Positions 1 to 12,788 of a DNA stretch of 64,000 bases are shown here, piece after piece. Under the pieces are notes generated by a model. It saw only the letters and a list, made by a program, of their open reading frames with translations. It did no database searches and was not told where the DNA came from. Position numbers and translations under genes: made by a program. The stretch is from Octopus sinensis (lineage: Eukaryota): positions 80,724,001-80,788,000 of the forward strand of contig NC_043006.1 in assembly GCF_006345805.1 (NCBI RefSeq), written 5' to 3'. Positions within the stretch are counted from its first letter, which is position 1; every line of letters begins with the position of its first letter.

Positions 1-45
1 ATATGTATATGTATATATATGTATATATATATATATATATATAGG

Positions 46-97
<52 letters not shown>
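1..97. repeat. (TA)n followed by (GA)n microsatellite
   Basis: Direct reading of the dinucleotide runs. Confidence 0.95.
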
Positions 98-99
<2 letters not shown>

Positions 100-861
100 C
101 AAACGTATATACATTCATATTTATACACCACATACGTATACATTTATGCGCGCATACGCGTGTTTCAATGTTATTTTGTGCTTTGTATGCAGAACAAATA
201 ATCAATTATATGGGAACTGAATAGAACTAAATGTAATTTATTGCTATAAACTCAAAACTTCACGTATAAGGACAGAACAAGAAAATATCTGTATAACTGA
301 AAACAACATAAATGATATTGAAATATGTTCATTCTTACAAGAATTTGAATAGCCCTTACGTCACTTCATTATTATGCAGGGTGCAATAATTATGACTTTA
401 GAAAGGAATATTCACAGTGAAATATTTCTGTAAATGCATTGTTCCTTAGCGATAACCTTCTTAGCATCTGCATTGATGTTAAGGTTATTAAAACGGCTTT
501 ACGAATAAAGTTAACATATTGAAATCTCACTAATGTTGTTGGCTATTATTCTTTCTAAATGATACATATATACGTACATACATTCATGCGTCCCTGCATC
601 CATCCATCTATACATACGTATATACATACATGCATGCTTACATACATCCATACAAACATACATAGAAGACTAGAAAATGCTAGGATTTTCTAAGGAAGAA
701 CAAAACAATAGATACATCTTGCAAATCCAATCTATCAGATGCGCAGTAAATATACACACATGCACATATACTCATGCATAAACACATAAGTGATAAAGAT
801 ATATTCTCACAGAGAACATTAGCAGTGGTTAATATACCTACATATTAGGGCCGTATTTCTT

Positions 862-1030
862 CTGCAGTTACGTTCTGAGTTCAAATTCCGGCAAGGTCGA
901 CTTTGCCTTTCATTCTTTCGGGGTCGATTAAATAAGTACCAGTTACGCACTGTTGTCAATGTCATCGACTTAATCCCCTTTTCTGTTTGTTCCCTCTATG
1001 TTTAACCTCCTGTGGGCAATAAATAAATAA
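862..1030 (+). mobile_element. SINE family B, 5'-truncated copy
   Basis: gttctgagttcaaattcc...gtcgactttgcctttcat...ggggtcgattaaataagtaccag matches copies at 8855, 23393 and 32225. Confidence 0.8.
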
Positions 1031-1559
1031 ATATATCTACATATACCCACCCACTAAATAAACCACTTGACACTAAAAGTCATGTTACTTTGCAAGTGAT
1101 TGGCTTGAGATTAATGAAGGAGAACTTAAATATATCTGAAAGAAAACATACATACATACATGCATGTATGTATGTAAGTATGTCATTATTCAGTTTATTT
1201 GAAGATTTCATGCCATTAGAGAGAGAAGCAGTTTCTAGCCTAGATTCAAAGATCCTTCATTGGAATTTCAACATCAACAAAAGGGTATTTTCGTTTGTAT
1301 GTATGTATGTATGTATGTATGTATGTATGTATGTATTTATGTGCAGATTTATATGTTTTATATATGTATTCTCATCCATATAGTTGCATATCTAGACATG
1401 CTCATATATATTCAAATGATAATCTTCTGATAAATTTTACAGATTTTTAGAGTTGCAGTGATGGGTTGGATCTGTAGTCTTCGAATTAGTTTCCTCCTTT
1501 CTGGTTTTGAGAAGACTAATTTCTCAAGATCGGTATGTATGTATGTATGTATGCATTTA

Positions 1560-1680
1560 TTCTTTTATTTCTTTCAGGAATTTGACTGCGGCCATGCTGG
1601 AGCACCACCTTTTAGACGAACAACGCGAACCGAGAACAGTTTCTAAGCTACGTACTTATTCTATGGGCATCTTTGGCGAT
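1560..1680 (-). mobile_element. SINE family A 3' fragment
   Basis: tttgactgcggccatgctggagcacc is shared with the full copies at 12197, 13092 and 29274. Confidence 0.7.
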
Positions 1681-1720
1681 ACATACATGCGTACATATTA
1701 TATATATATATATATATATA

Positions 1721-1752
<32 letters not shown>

Positions 1753-1754
1753 AT

Positions 1755-4446
1755 ATAATTTCAACAATTGAGGGTAAAATTAATTAATTAATCAATTTCA
1801 CCAAGTATTCAGTATGCAAAGGGACCATTTAAGGCGAATTCAAATTATTACATTATATAAAAGGGCTTAGTAAAATAAATTACTTTGCCGCATACTGAAC
1901 TCATTAGAAATAGCAGCTAAAAAAACTTTTTTAAAACTATTTCTAATACTTAAAGAAAACCTCTCTCATATAGTGTTTGCTCAATTTAACTCACGAAAGT
2001 ATGAGGGTAGAGACATTAAAAAATCAAATGCAATGGTTATTTGAGAACGTACGTTTCAAGATTAGTCAAACTCGACACTTCTATCATCAGCTCAGAACTC
2101 CTTGGTTTGGATTTGAAAACACTGAAAGTGGGAGCATACCCTTTCGGCTTCTTATCGCTTCTGCAGATCTGCTCGAAACTAACAGTGCCAGCAAACTCAA
2201 ATATGCAAGCGAAGAATTTCTGCTCTCCCCTTTACACCAGCGTGGGTTAAAATCAGTAAACACTATGCTTTTTTCGGTAAAATCCGAGGCATTAAATAGA
2301 GAAAGATGAATTATAATTTCAACAATTGAGGGTAAAATTAATTAATAATCAATTTCACCAAGTATTCAGTATGCAAAGGGACCATTTAAGGCGAATTCAA
2401 ATTATACATTATATAAAAGGCTTAGTAAAATAAATTACTTTGCCGCATACTGAACTCATTAGAAATAGCAGCTAAAAAAACTTTTTTAAAACTATTTCTA
2501 ATACTTAAGAAAACCTCTCTCATATAGTGTTTGCTCAATTCAACTCACGAAAGTATGGGGGTAGAGACATTAAAAAATCAAATGCAAAGGTTATTTGAGA
2601 ACGTACGTTTCAAGATTAGTCAAACTCGACACTTCTATCATCAGCTCAGAACTCCTTGGTTTGGATTTGAAAACACTGAAAGTGGGAGCATACCCTTTCG
2701 GCTTCTTATCGCTTCTGCAGATCTGCTCGAAACTAACAGTGCCAGCAAACTCAAATATGCAAGCGAAGAATATCTGCTCTCCCCTTTCCACCAGCGTGGG
2801 TTAAAATCAGTAAACACTATGCTTTTTTCGGTAAAATCCGAGGCATTAAATAGAGAAAGATGAATTATAATTTCAACAATTGAGGGTAAAATTAATTAAT
2901 TAATCAATTTCACCAAGTATTCAGTATGCAAAGGGACCATTTAAGGCGAATTCAAATTATTACATTATATAAAAGGGCTTAGTAAAATAAATTACTTTGC
3001 CGCATACTGAACTCATTAGAAATAGCACAAAAAAACTTTTTTAAAACTATTTCTAATACTTAAAGAAAACCTCTCTCATATAGTGTTTGCTCAATTCAAC
3101 TCACGAAAGTATGAGGGTAGAGACATTAAAAAATCAAATGCAAAGGTTATTTGAAACGTACGTTTCAAGATTAGTCAAACTCGACACTTCTATCATCAGC
3201 TCAGAACTCCTTGGTTTGGATTTGAAAACACTGAAAGTGGGAGCATACCCTTTCGGCTTCTTATCGCTTCTGCAGATCTGCTCGAAACTAACAGTGCCAG
3301 CAAACTCAAATATGCAAGCGAAGAATATCTGCTCTCCCCTTTCCACCAGCGCGGGGTTAAAATCAGTAAACACTATGCTTTTTTCGGTAAAATCCGAGGC
3401 ATTAAATAGAGAAAGATGAATTATAATTTCAACAATTGAGGGTAAAATTAATTAATTAATCAATTTCACCAAGTATTCAGTATGCAAAGGGACCATTTAA
3501 GGCGAATTCAAATTATTACATTATATAAAAGGGCTTAGTAAAATAAATTACTTTGCCGCATACTGAACTCATTAGAAATAGCAGCTAAAAAAACTTTTTT
3601 AAAACTATTTCTAATACTTAAAGAAAACCTCTCTCATATAGTGTTTGCTCAATTCAACTCACGAAAGTATGAGGGTAGAGACATTAAAAAATCAAATGCA
3701 AAGGTTATTTGAGAACGTACGTTTCAAGATTAGTCAAACTCGACACTTCTATCATCAGCTCAGAACTCCTTGGTTTGGATTTGAAAACACTGAAAGTGGG
3801 AGCATACCCTTTCGGCTTCTTATCGCTTCTGCAGATCTGCTCGAAACTAACAGTGCCAGCAAACTCAAATATGCAAGCGAAGAATATCTGCTCTCCCCTT
3901 TCCACCAGCGTGGGTTAAAATCAGTAAACACTATGCTTTTTTCGGTAAAATCCGAGGCATTAAATAGAGAAAGATGAATTATAATTTCAACAATTGAGGG
4001 TAAAATTAATTAATTAATCAATTTCACCAAGTATTCAGTATGCAAAGGGACCATTTAAGGCGAATTCAAAATTATACATTATATAAAAGGGCTAGTAAAA
4101 TAAATTACTTTGCCCCATACTGAACTCATTAGAAATAGCAGCTAAAAAAACTTTTTTAAAACTATTTCTAATACTTAAAGAAAACCTCTCTCATATAGTG
4201 TTTGCTCAATTCAACTCACGAAAGTATGAGGGTAGAGACATTAAAAAATCAAATGCAAAGTTATTTGAGAACGTACGTTTCAAGATTAGTCAAACTCGAC
4301 ACTTCTATCATCAGCTCAGAACTCCTTGGTTTGGATTTGAAAACACTGAAAGTGAGAGCATACCCTTTCGGCTTCTTATCGCTTCTGCAGATCTGCTCGA
4401 AACTAACAGTGCCAGCAAACTCAAATATGCAAGCGAAGAATTTCTG
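1755..4446 (-). mobile_element. Head-to-tail array of a ~556-bp ORF-less unit (4.8 copies), each unit with a hammerhead-like motif; retrozyme/Penelope-pLTR-like
   Basis: Units start at 1755, 2313, 2867, 3423 and 3981 (periods 558/554/556/558) and are near-identical. (TA)n lies on both flanks. A minus-strand CTGATGA...GAAAC core occurs in every unit. Confidence 0.8.
2042..2094 (-). ncRNA. Candidate type I hammerhead ribozyme (other copies at 2596-2648, 3152-3203, 3710-3762, 4266-4318)
   Basis: Minus strand reads TGAG-CTGATGA-[T AGA AGT GTC GAGTTT GAC TAA TCT T]-GAA-ACG TA CGT-T-CTCA. This gives stem I TGAG/CTCA, an imperfect stem II, a palindromic stem III and a GUU site. Confidence 0.6.
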
Positions 4447-4499
4447 TATATATATATATATATATACATATATACATACATATATGTGTGTGTGTGTGT

Positions 4500-4700
4500 G
4501 ACCTCGTGTGTGCCGTTGGCAATTTTTTTCCCTCTGTCTTCCCTTCTCTGGATCTTTCCTTCTATTATGTTTCCGACAAAGAGCTCCGCTCGAAACGTTA
4601 AACCCTCCTTCTTTCCTTCTTTCCTGAGCGTCCAATAATACTATATTTGTTCCACGTACTCGCGTTGTTGTGTTCTTTTTTTGTGCTTTCTTGTTTGGAT
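4500..4700 (+). mobile_element. Penelope-type terminal fragment with a degenerate minimal hammerhead (4569-4603)
   Basis: GTTT-CCGACAA-A-GAGC TCC GCTC-GAA-ACGT-T-AAAC; the segment is flanked by TA/TG microsatellites. Confidence 0.5.
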
Positions 4701-4706
4701 TAACTT

Positions 4707-4757
<51 letters not shown>

Positions 4758-4986
4758 CATATATATATATATATATATACACATATATATATATGTATAT
4801 GAAATATAAAAATTTATAAATATAAATTAATAATTTTAAATTTAGATAGTCTAAATTTTATATTTTATATTTTATATATTTTGTATAATATATTAATTAT
4901 TTTTATTTTTATGTTTTGGTCTATGTTTTTCCCTGTGTGATTTGCATAATAGTGGTTTTATCTCTAATTTATATATACATACATAT

Positions 4987-5017
<31 letters not shown>

Positions 5018-5842
5018 TAAGTATGTATATATATTTGTATGTATGTATGGCTTGTTTATACGTTTCATCAAACTTGACTCCTGTTGGCTACTTGTTTATA
5101 CTTTATTCCACTATTCATATACCAGCTCAGTTGATACGTTGCCTATCATTTAGACAGACACCACACCCTGTACTAGAGCTTAGGCGCAAATTCCGACCTG
5201 AGCATCGAATGTATGTACTTATGATCGTATGTCATTTGACGTTTTGTGATGTACGACCTACATATCATACATTACCGCACACACAAATGATACTCTTCGT
5301 GAGTGTGCGCGTATGCGTATGTATACATCCTTCATATCTATTTTCCTCGACATCCTTAGACAAACTTTTCTAAAACGCCTTCGTAGTCATTGTGATATAT
5401 TATTTTCTCCTCCGCTAATAAATATTTCTTCAATTATGGGGATGCTAATATTTTGTAGAAAAATAATGAAATTTCTTTGTGAAATGATTTTATAGGAATA
5501 CATCATAATTTTTACATTTAAATGAAATTTCTCATTATCTTCTACATTATTCTGAATAAATGTTTGAATGATTAATACGGTAAAAATTGTTATCAGCATC
5601 TGCTAAACAATTTTTTTTCTTTTAGAATTAAGTTCTAAATAATATTAATGCATGTTACAAGTAAAAGTTATCAATTTTACAATGATTTTCAATTTACAAA
5701 TATGAAAAAAATGCAAATTTAATTTTTTTATAAAAGAAAGAGAAATATGTAAATATATGTTTCATCTTTTCAGTAATATCGTCATTGCTGTTACTCGCAT
5801 TATAGTTGTTAAGATTTTTATAATTTTATTGCTCAACCGGTG

Positions 5843-6095
5843 GAGGCGCTGGCTTCGTGGTTAGAGTGTCAGCATTTTGATCGTAAGATTGTGGTTTCGA
5901 TTCCTGGACCTGGCGACGTGTTGTATTCTGGAGCAAAACACTTCATTTCACGTTGCTCCAGTCCACTGAACTGGCAAACATGAGTAACGCTGCGATGGAC
6001 TGGCGTCCCGTCCAGTTGGGAAACACATACGTCACAGAAACCGGAAAACCGGGCCCATGATCCTGGCTAGGCTTTAAAAGGGGCGCATTTTTTAA
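5843..6095 (+). mobile_element. tRNA-headed SINE (family C-related head, different body)
   Basis: A-box-like tggcttcgtgg and B-box-like ggtttcgattcc; the head is homologous to 12789 and 51518. Confidence 0.75.
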
Positions 6096-6284
6096 AATGG
6101 TCAATCGTCAGCGAGTATACTTTCATTGAATGAAGGCATTTAGCGGAGGCGTGTCTGTGCAGTTATGAAGCCCGCTTTGTAACGACATGGTTTCACGTTC
6201 AGTCCTACGATGCGCCATCTTGGATTATATTTCTTCTCTCTACTTTTGAGAAGCCTAATTTCTCAAGATTTGTATTTAGTTAGT

Positions 6285-6492
6285 GTGTTACATACTCCAG
6301 TGCCCCAATAATTACAGGTATAAACCTGATCTTTTAATCTGAATAGATAAACTGCAGATTTCTCGGTAGTTCAGCTTGGGTATTCTCTTTTTCACTGATC
6401 TTCAGTTTTATGTTAACATCCGCTGGGCAGCTAATTTCCTCAACTGTACACAGTTTCTCTTCTCTTATCCCAAATTATTGTATCTGGTCTAT
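6285..6492 (-). mobile_element. R4/Dong-clade LINE fragment, RLE endonuclease region
   Basis: Minus strand translates with frameshifts as KHNRPDTIIWDK...SCPADVNIKLKISEKEN...FIPVIIGAL. Confidence 0.7.
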
Positions 6493-8610
6493 TGTGCTTA
6501 CATTTTATTGAGGTTTTCACTACGACCAGTACTCTTTTTTTAACTATGAATGTCCATGGCTTCCATCATAGCGTAGGTTCTTGTATGTATTATTGCATGT
6601 GTGTCTCTTTTGCCCACGCTCGCGTGTGTGTTTGTGTCTATGTTTGTCTCCCACTTGCCAACCGATGTTGCTTTGTGTATGCAGCTGTGGTTTGGCAATA
6701 AATAAATAAATAAATTAATTAATTAAAGGACCGACACAATATGAACCGGACATAAAAAAAAAGTAATTATTGGGGTTTATTTGTTCGGCTAAAACTATTT
6801 AATGCGGTGTTGCCCAAACAGATGACTGAAACAAGATAATATAAGATTACACAATGCATTCTTTCTTTAGTGATTTGTTTTTTTATGTTTCCAACGTCTC
6901 ATATCGCTGCTTTGTTGTAGAATATTTCTAGAGATGGCCGAATAGTTCTAGACTTCATCATCTCCAAATAATACAGCAGAGCACTAATCATGATTTCCAT
7001 GTTGTGGTGGTATTAAATGTAAGAGTTTTAAGAGTCCAGTCGTAAGTAATTTTACATTCAATTTAGAAGGGTATTATTTTACCTTATTCATATATTACAC
7101 CCATTGTAATATAAACACTTTTAAATCTATTATTTACTTAAGAGCATCCCCGATATTTCTATATTTCAGTGTTTCTATAGAAAAATCCAAGAGCTTTTTT
7201 TTTTTGTTTACGAGGGACTGTTTTGAGAAATTCTAGGTCTTTAGCTTGCCTTGAAGCACTAAATCTAGCGTAAGTCCGAATGCCCGAGGACCTAGAATCA
7301 CAATGAAACACCGGTGAAAGAATGAAAGATAGAAATGTAGAGATAGTGGTTCTGAAAAAGAGATTACAAGAAACCGTAAAATTGTAGATTTGAAGAGATG
7401 TGATAAAAATCTCATGTTAGTTATGAGCCAGTTTTACTATTCGTTTAAAACCATTTGTCCAACGAAATTTTATATTTTACACGCCCTGACATAGCTCAGT
7501 AAAAATAACAAACTTTATCAGTAATCTAACTTTAAACAGTTTCATCATGAAGTTGATTGACTTTCCTTGAGAAGTTTCCATGATTCCAGCATTCATCACA
7601 GAAACAAATATTTACTTACGGCAAATTTATATATGTGATACAAATATATTTGTGTATCTCAAATATAATTATAGTAGCAGAATAATAAATCGAAACCCAC
7701 TTCGCAAAATCTTTAAATCAACGTTCAGTTTTTGAGAATTATTAATGTGTTGGAAACCATAACTTATGTGTTGCAGAAAAAAACATGAAATATTAGTTTT
7801 CATGTAATATATGCATGGATAGTTAAACTGAAGAATAGTTTGTTCAACAAACTGTGCTCATGGAAGTATTGTTTTGTATCATTAATATGGATGCCAAGCA
7901 GCAGCGTTGATAATATACGAACTCTCTCGACCTTCAGACAATCTATCAATACTTTATCGACACGAATTTATACTTCCACGTATTCTGAATCAATATATTG
8001 TCATGAGCTCTCTATGGTTCACATAATATAAAATAAAGAATATTTAAACGCGTATCAATTATTGCAAAATTCTATTAAATTATCTCTAACATTCAGTTGA
8101 TTTACTCTAATTATATGGACGAAGCAAGGCCAAATAGTGCAGAAATTCTTTCGGCAATCATAAAGTTCCAGTTTCCATCCCACTGCATGGTAGCTTGAAA
8201 AGTGTTGTGAGTGATACTGAATTGACAGCATACATATGTATTGTATACTGAATACATAAATAGAGTACACATGTATTGTTTTGTGTCTGGGGAGAGTCAT
8301 TCTCTTTTAGTGCCTTATATTTTAACACACACACCGGTAAAATTTCCACTCGTTTCCTTTATTTTACTAAAATTTCCCTTGCGTCTTGCAACCCTTTGAA
8401 TAGTTTTGATTCTATTTATTGTATAATATGTATTGTACTTGTAACTTAAAGGTCCAGGCTTGTTATACACTGTTGTACACTCCTTGATAATTTCGACTAA
8501 TTCAATGAAAAGTATTTTAACTGAATGAACAACTGAACACTCATCGTAAAAACAAACGGAGAACCACCACATTACTTACTGTTTGCACATATCTATTATA
8601 ATACTTTTAA

Positions 8611-8844
8611 TCCTCTGAGCCTGCGAGTACGATTTACTGTGAAAAATTTCACCTGACTTTACACTTTGAAGATGCAAAAATGAGCGACCACACAGCTTTC
8701 ACTTACGATTCGCTAATTGGCAGAGACGTCTTTATTTTAAGTCTCGAACAGAAAATGCTTGTTGCCGATTGCCTTTGTGTTTGCTAGGAATATGTATAAC
8801 CAATCGTAATCATTTCTGCTAAAGCGTACTCGCAGTTTAGAGGG
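8611..8844. mobile_element. piggyBac-type MITE
   Basis: TTAA at 8607-8610 and 8845-8848. The left end TCCTCTGAGCCTGCGAGTACG matches the reverse complement of the right end, CCCTCTAAACTGCGAGTACG. Confidence 0.75.
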
Positions 8845-8854
8845 TTAATATATA

Positions 8855-9050
8855 TTCTTTACTGCCCACAAGGGGCTAAATATAGAGGGGACAGACAAAG
8901 AGATAAAGTCGATTACATCGACCCTAGTGCGAAACTGGTACTTTATTTATCGACCCCGAAAGGATGAAAGGCAAAGTCAACTTCAGCGGAATTTGAACTC
9001 AGAACGTAACGACAGACGAAATACGGTTAAGCATTTGTTTCTGCCAGCTT
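8855..9050 (-). mobile_element. SINE family B
   Basis: Reverse-complement match to the 32225 copy, including the ...agccccttgtgggcagtaaagaa tail. Confidence 0.85.
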
Positions 9051-11167
9051 TAAAGATATGTTGGAATTACTCATTAGAAAAGTAATGTCGTCACTCAAAT
9101 TTTAATCTCTAAAATATTTTGTGTGTGTTATGTAAACAACCGGTAACGACATATAATTTTTCTCTTTTCCTTTTTCCATTTGTCACAGCCGTTGTACTTC
9201 GCTTTGCTCCGCCATGAAATGTCTACTCACAGTTCCTTTTCAATGACACGGTTTTTCCTAATGCCTAACTATAGTGATAGCAAAAACCAACACTGGCTCT
9301 CAAGTAGTTGGGAGACACACAAACACATACACATACCCATATATGTGTGTGTGTGAGTGTGAGTGTGTGTGTGTGTGCATACATGCATACATGCATAAAA
9401 CATGACTCCACACACTGTCTGTCTAAATGTTCATTCTCAAGACTTCACTCTGTTTGAAAATATAGTAAAAGCCACTTTCTCCATGAGCCACACAATGGGG
9501 TTGGATACCGTGCTATGTGAATGCGAACTTAACTTTGTTTGCACACAGCCGTCCTTGTGTCTATTTTGACCTTTTGTTTTCTAAAATGAAATGCAACCTC
9601 TAATTTATTTTAGGGTACATGAATGTAGATTTGACCACTGAATTCTGGTATTTAGAATTCGAGTAATCTTAACATATTGCTTCAAATAAAATTTCCCTAA
9701 TATTACTGCATACATATTTAGATATAGTAAAATGCTCGTTTGTTTAAGCATATTATGTTTCATATATATGAAATGCATTGTTTTTATTGCTTATATTGCT
9801 ATCAGTTCATCTGTTTATATATAGTCGAATAGTTTGCTAACAAGAGATTATGAAGTAACAACACGAAACTCATCAAGCTTCCCTGGAAACTTTCACAATG
9901 GAGAGCGGAGAAAAATAACCACAGGATTTTTCTGTATAACAATTTTCAATTTTAATAAATATATCCCTTTGGAAATATTTCCCTAGTTTTTTCCACGCAA
10001 ATGTTGTTATAATATGTTATATACTTATATATATATATGTTTGTATGAATATATCTATGTATTCATCTATGCATAAATTTTGTATTTAGATATCAAAATT
10101 ATCGGGATGCGTACATGCTATCTTTAATTTCACGCTGTCCTATCAAACATTCGAACCCCGTCAAGAGTTAATATTGGATCAATTATATATACTGCTGTAG
10201 TATGAGTAATAAAAACAACTGATGCGAGATGATGCCACCTACGTGATACGAGTTGATATATATCAACCTACTTATACATGTTTATCCTCTTAGAGGAGGA
10301 AGTGCAGTGCGTAGGCCTCTAAAACTTACGGGAGAAGCAATTGAATTTACCGTCAAATTGGAGTTCTTTTCGGAATGCTTGCAGCAGCATGGCTTCTTTT
10401 AATGATCCAATGACCAGAAATTGGTGCTCAACGGACACAGATTTAGTCTGCCATAAAAGAAAATAGTGAAACTCTTTTATGCATACAATGTTGTGGGAAA
10501 ATGGTGGGGTATCATGTTACAAGATGCATACAATGATAATTTGGTTTCCAAAACGATACTCTTGACCATATAACCATGATTGCACTCGTGTTAAAATCAT
10601 GAATTCGTCCATCATAAGCCATAGCGGCAGTGTTGTTACCTTCATAGGCCATGTTAAAACCATTCCTCCAGTGTAAGCAATAATTTGGCTAGTCCTTTCA
10701 AGACAGGCGATAAACCTGGCTTTCACATTGTTCGCACATTTAGGTATTTAACATACGCCTGCATGTGTACATACGTATGCATTAGATATCCATCACCAAA
10801 CATTTTATCAGTCGCTGTTTATATTGTCTTCGGTCTCAGAAAGGCCTTGATTTAGCATGCCTATAATCCACAGATTTCAGTTTATTCTTAAGATGGTAGA
10901 TCATGATTTCAAAGTGATTTGGTTGATGTATCTAGCAAGCCTTCTATATTTAAGTGCTATCCACAAAAAAGCTGATATTCTCAATGAGATAAAATAATGT
11001 ACCCTGAATGGGGAAACGGAATTTATATTGAGTTTAAAAGTGGAAAGCGTGGGTAGCAGAAGAGGTAGTGATCGATAAAATACCTTGTGATATTTGGTTA
11101 CATTCTTTTAAGTTTGAGTTGAAATCGCAAACCTACTCTTTTCCCTATATATATATATATATATATA

Positions 11168-11320
11168 TGAAAAAACAAGTCAAAAATAGAAAATGCTAAG
11201 ATAATTTTATAGTGAATCTTTCAGTACCGGTTTCGGTCATTTTGAGACCTTTTCAACTGTAACGATTAAATAATTAAATTTAGAAAAATTAGAAGAAAAG
11301 TTTTTTTAAAGGAATATTTC
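11168..11320 (-). mobile_element. Penelope-type terminal fragment with a degenerate hammerhead (11222-11259)
   Basis: Minus strand reads CAG-TTGAAAA-GGTC TCAAAAT GACC-GAA-ACCGGT-A-CTG; the segment abuts (TA)n. Confidence 0.5.
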
Positions 11321-11604
11321 TATAGTAGTGTTCAGATATGAGTGGCATTCTGCCTTTCTCTGACTCCCTTGTTTGCACTTGAGTGTTCGGGGTCGTTGTG
11401 AGTTCTTGGTAGGGTAGGAGAAGAAGAAGAAGGCTGATGTGGAGAGGGGGTGGGAGTGGGAAAATATGGGGGAGCCCTGTTGGTCGTATTTTGCATGGTC
11501 AGTGGCGACCAGTAGTCGCAGTTCAATTCAGGAATTGTTTATGGAATTTGCGTAGGCGTTATACTTAAAGACATCAGAGACAAGCTTAAGGGGTAGAGGG
11601 TGGA

Positions 11605-11790
11605 GAAGTAGAAGAAGAAGAAGATGACGATGTTGATGATGATGATGATGAAGAAGAAGAAGAAGAAGAAAGAGAAGGAGAAGATGATGATGATGATGGT
11701 GGTGATGATGATGACGACGATGATGATGATAATGATGATGGTGAAGAAGAAGAGGAAGAAGAAGAAAAAAACAGAGAAGGGAGAATATGA
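11605..11790. repeat. Composite (GAA)n/(GAT)n trinucleotide microsatellite
   Basis: Direct reading. Confidence 0.9.
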
Positions 11791-12065
11791 ATGGGTGAAA
11801 GTATAGCTGTGATGGGGCTGATTAGTAATGGATTCTATGGAATGCAATATTTATGTGTGTATATATTTCTTTTATTCTAAAGTTGAGGTATATTAATTGT
11901 TTGTCGCAGACCCGTTAAGAAGTTGCCTGTATTTTGCAATAAAGATATTTTCTTTACTTATTCGTTGTCTCGAGGTTGTATCGTCCCTAAATTGGTAGAG
12001 GGGGAAAATCCTGAAGTTTGGTGTTTTTTTTATATTTATATTTATACATACATATAATATATATA

Positions 12066-12116
<51 letters not shown>

Positions 12117-12196
12117 CATACATACATACATACACATACACACACACACATATATTTATATATATATATATATATGTATGCATATGTATGTATGTA

Positions 12197-12607
12197 TACT
12201 CTTTTACTCTTTTACTTGTTTCAGTCATTTGACTGCGGCCATGCTGGAGCACCGCCTTTAGTCGAGCAACTCGACCCCGGGACTTATTCTTTTTGTAAGC
12301 CCAGTACTTATTCTATCGGTCTCTTTTTGCCGAACCGCTAAGTGACGGGGACGTAAACACACCAGCATCGGTTGTCAAGCAATGCTAGGGGAACAAACAC
12401 AGACACACAAACACACACACATACATATATATATACATATATACGACAGGCTTCTTTCAGTTTCCCTCTACCAAATCCACTCACAAGGCATTGGTCGGCC
12501 CGGGGCTATAGCAGAGGACACTTGCCCAAGATGCCACGTAGTGGGATTGAACCCGGAACCATGTTGCTGGTTAGCAAGCTACTTACCACACAGCCACTCC
12601 TGCGCCT
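12197..12607 (-). mobile_element. SINE family A, full length
   Basis: tRNA-like head aggcgcaggagtggctgtgtggtaag...ggttccgggttcaatccc, internal (AC/AT) microsatellite and (gtaaaaga)n tail. Confidence 0.9.
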
Positions 12608-12725
12608 ATATATATATATATGTATATATACATATATATATTTATACATATACGCATACATACATGTAAATATACATATACCTAAAAGTATATAAAAATT
12701 TTTATATATACACACACATAAACAC

Positions 12726-12764
<39 letters not shown>

Positions 12765-12788
12765 TACACACACATATATATAATATGA

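Noticed and set aside
1977-4638. Repeated 66-146 aa ORFs in array 1
   Set aside because: They recur only because the DNA is repeated. Frames switch between units through 1-bp indels and no domain is recognisable.
7091-7113. Perfect 9-bp AT-rich hairpin (similar ones at 4838-4858 and 58774-58808)
   Set aside because: Expected by chance in AT-rich sequence of this length.
10520-10690. C-type-lectin-like peptide on the minus strand (WRNGFNMAYEGNNTAAMAYDGRIHD)
   Set aside because: It lacks the conserved cysteines and the WND motif.
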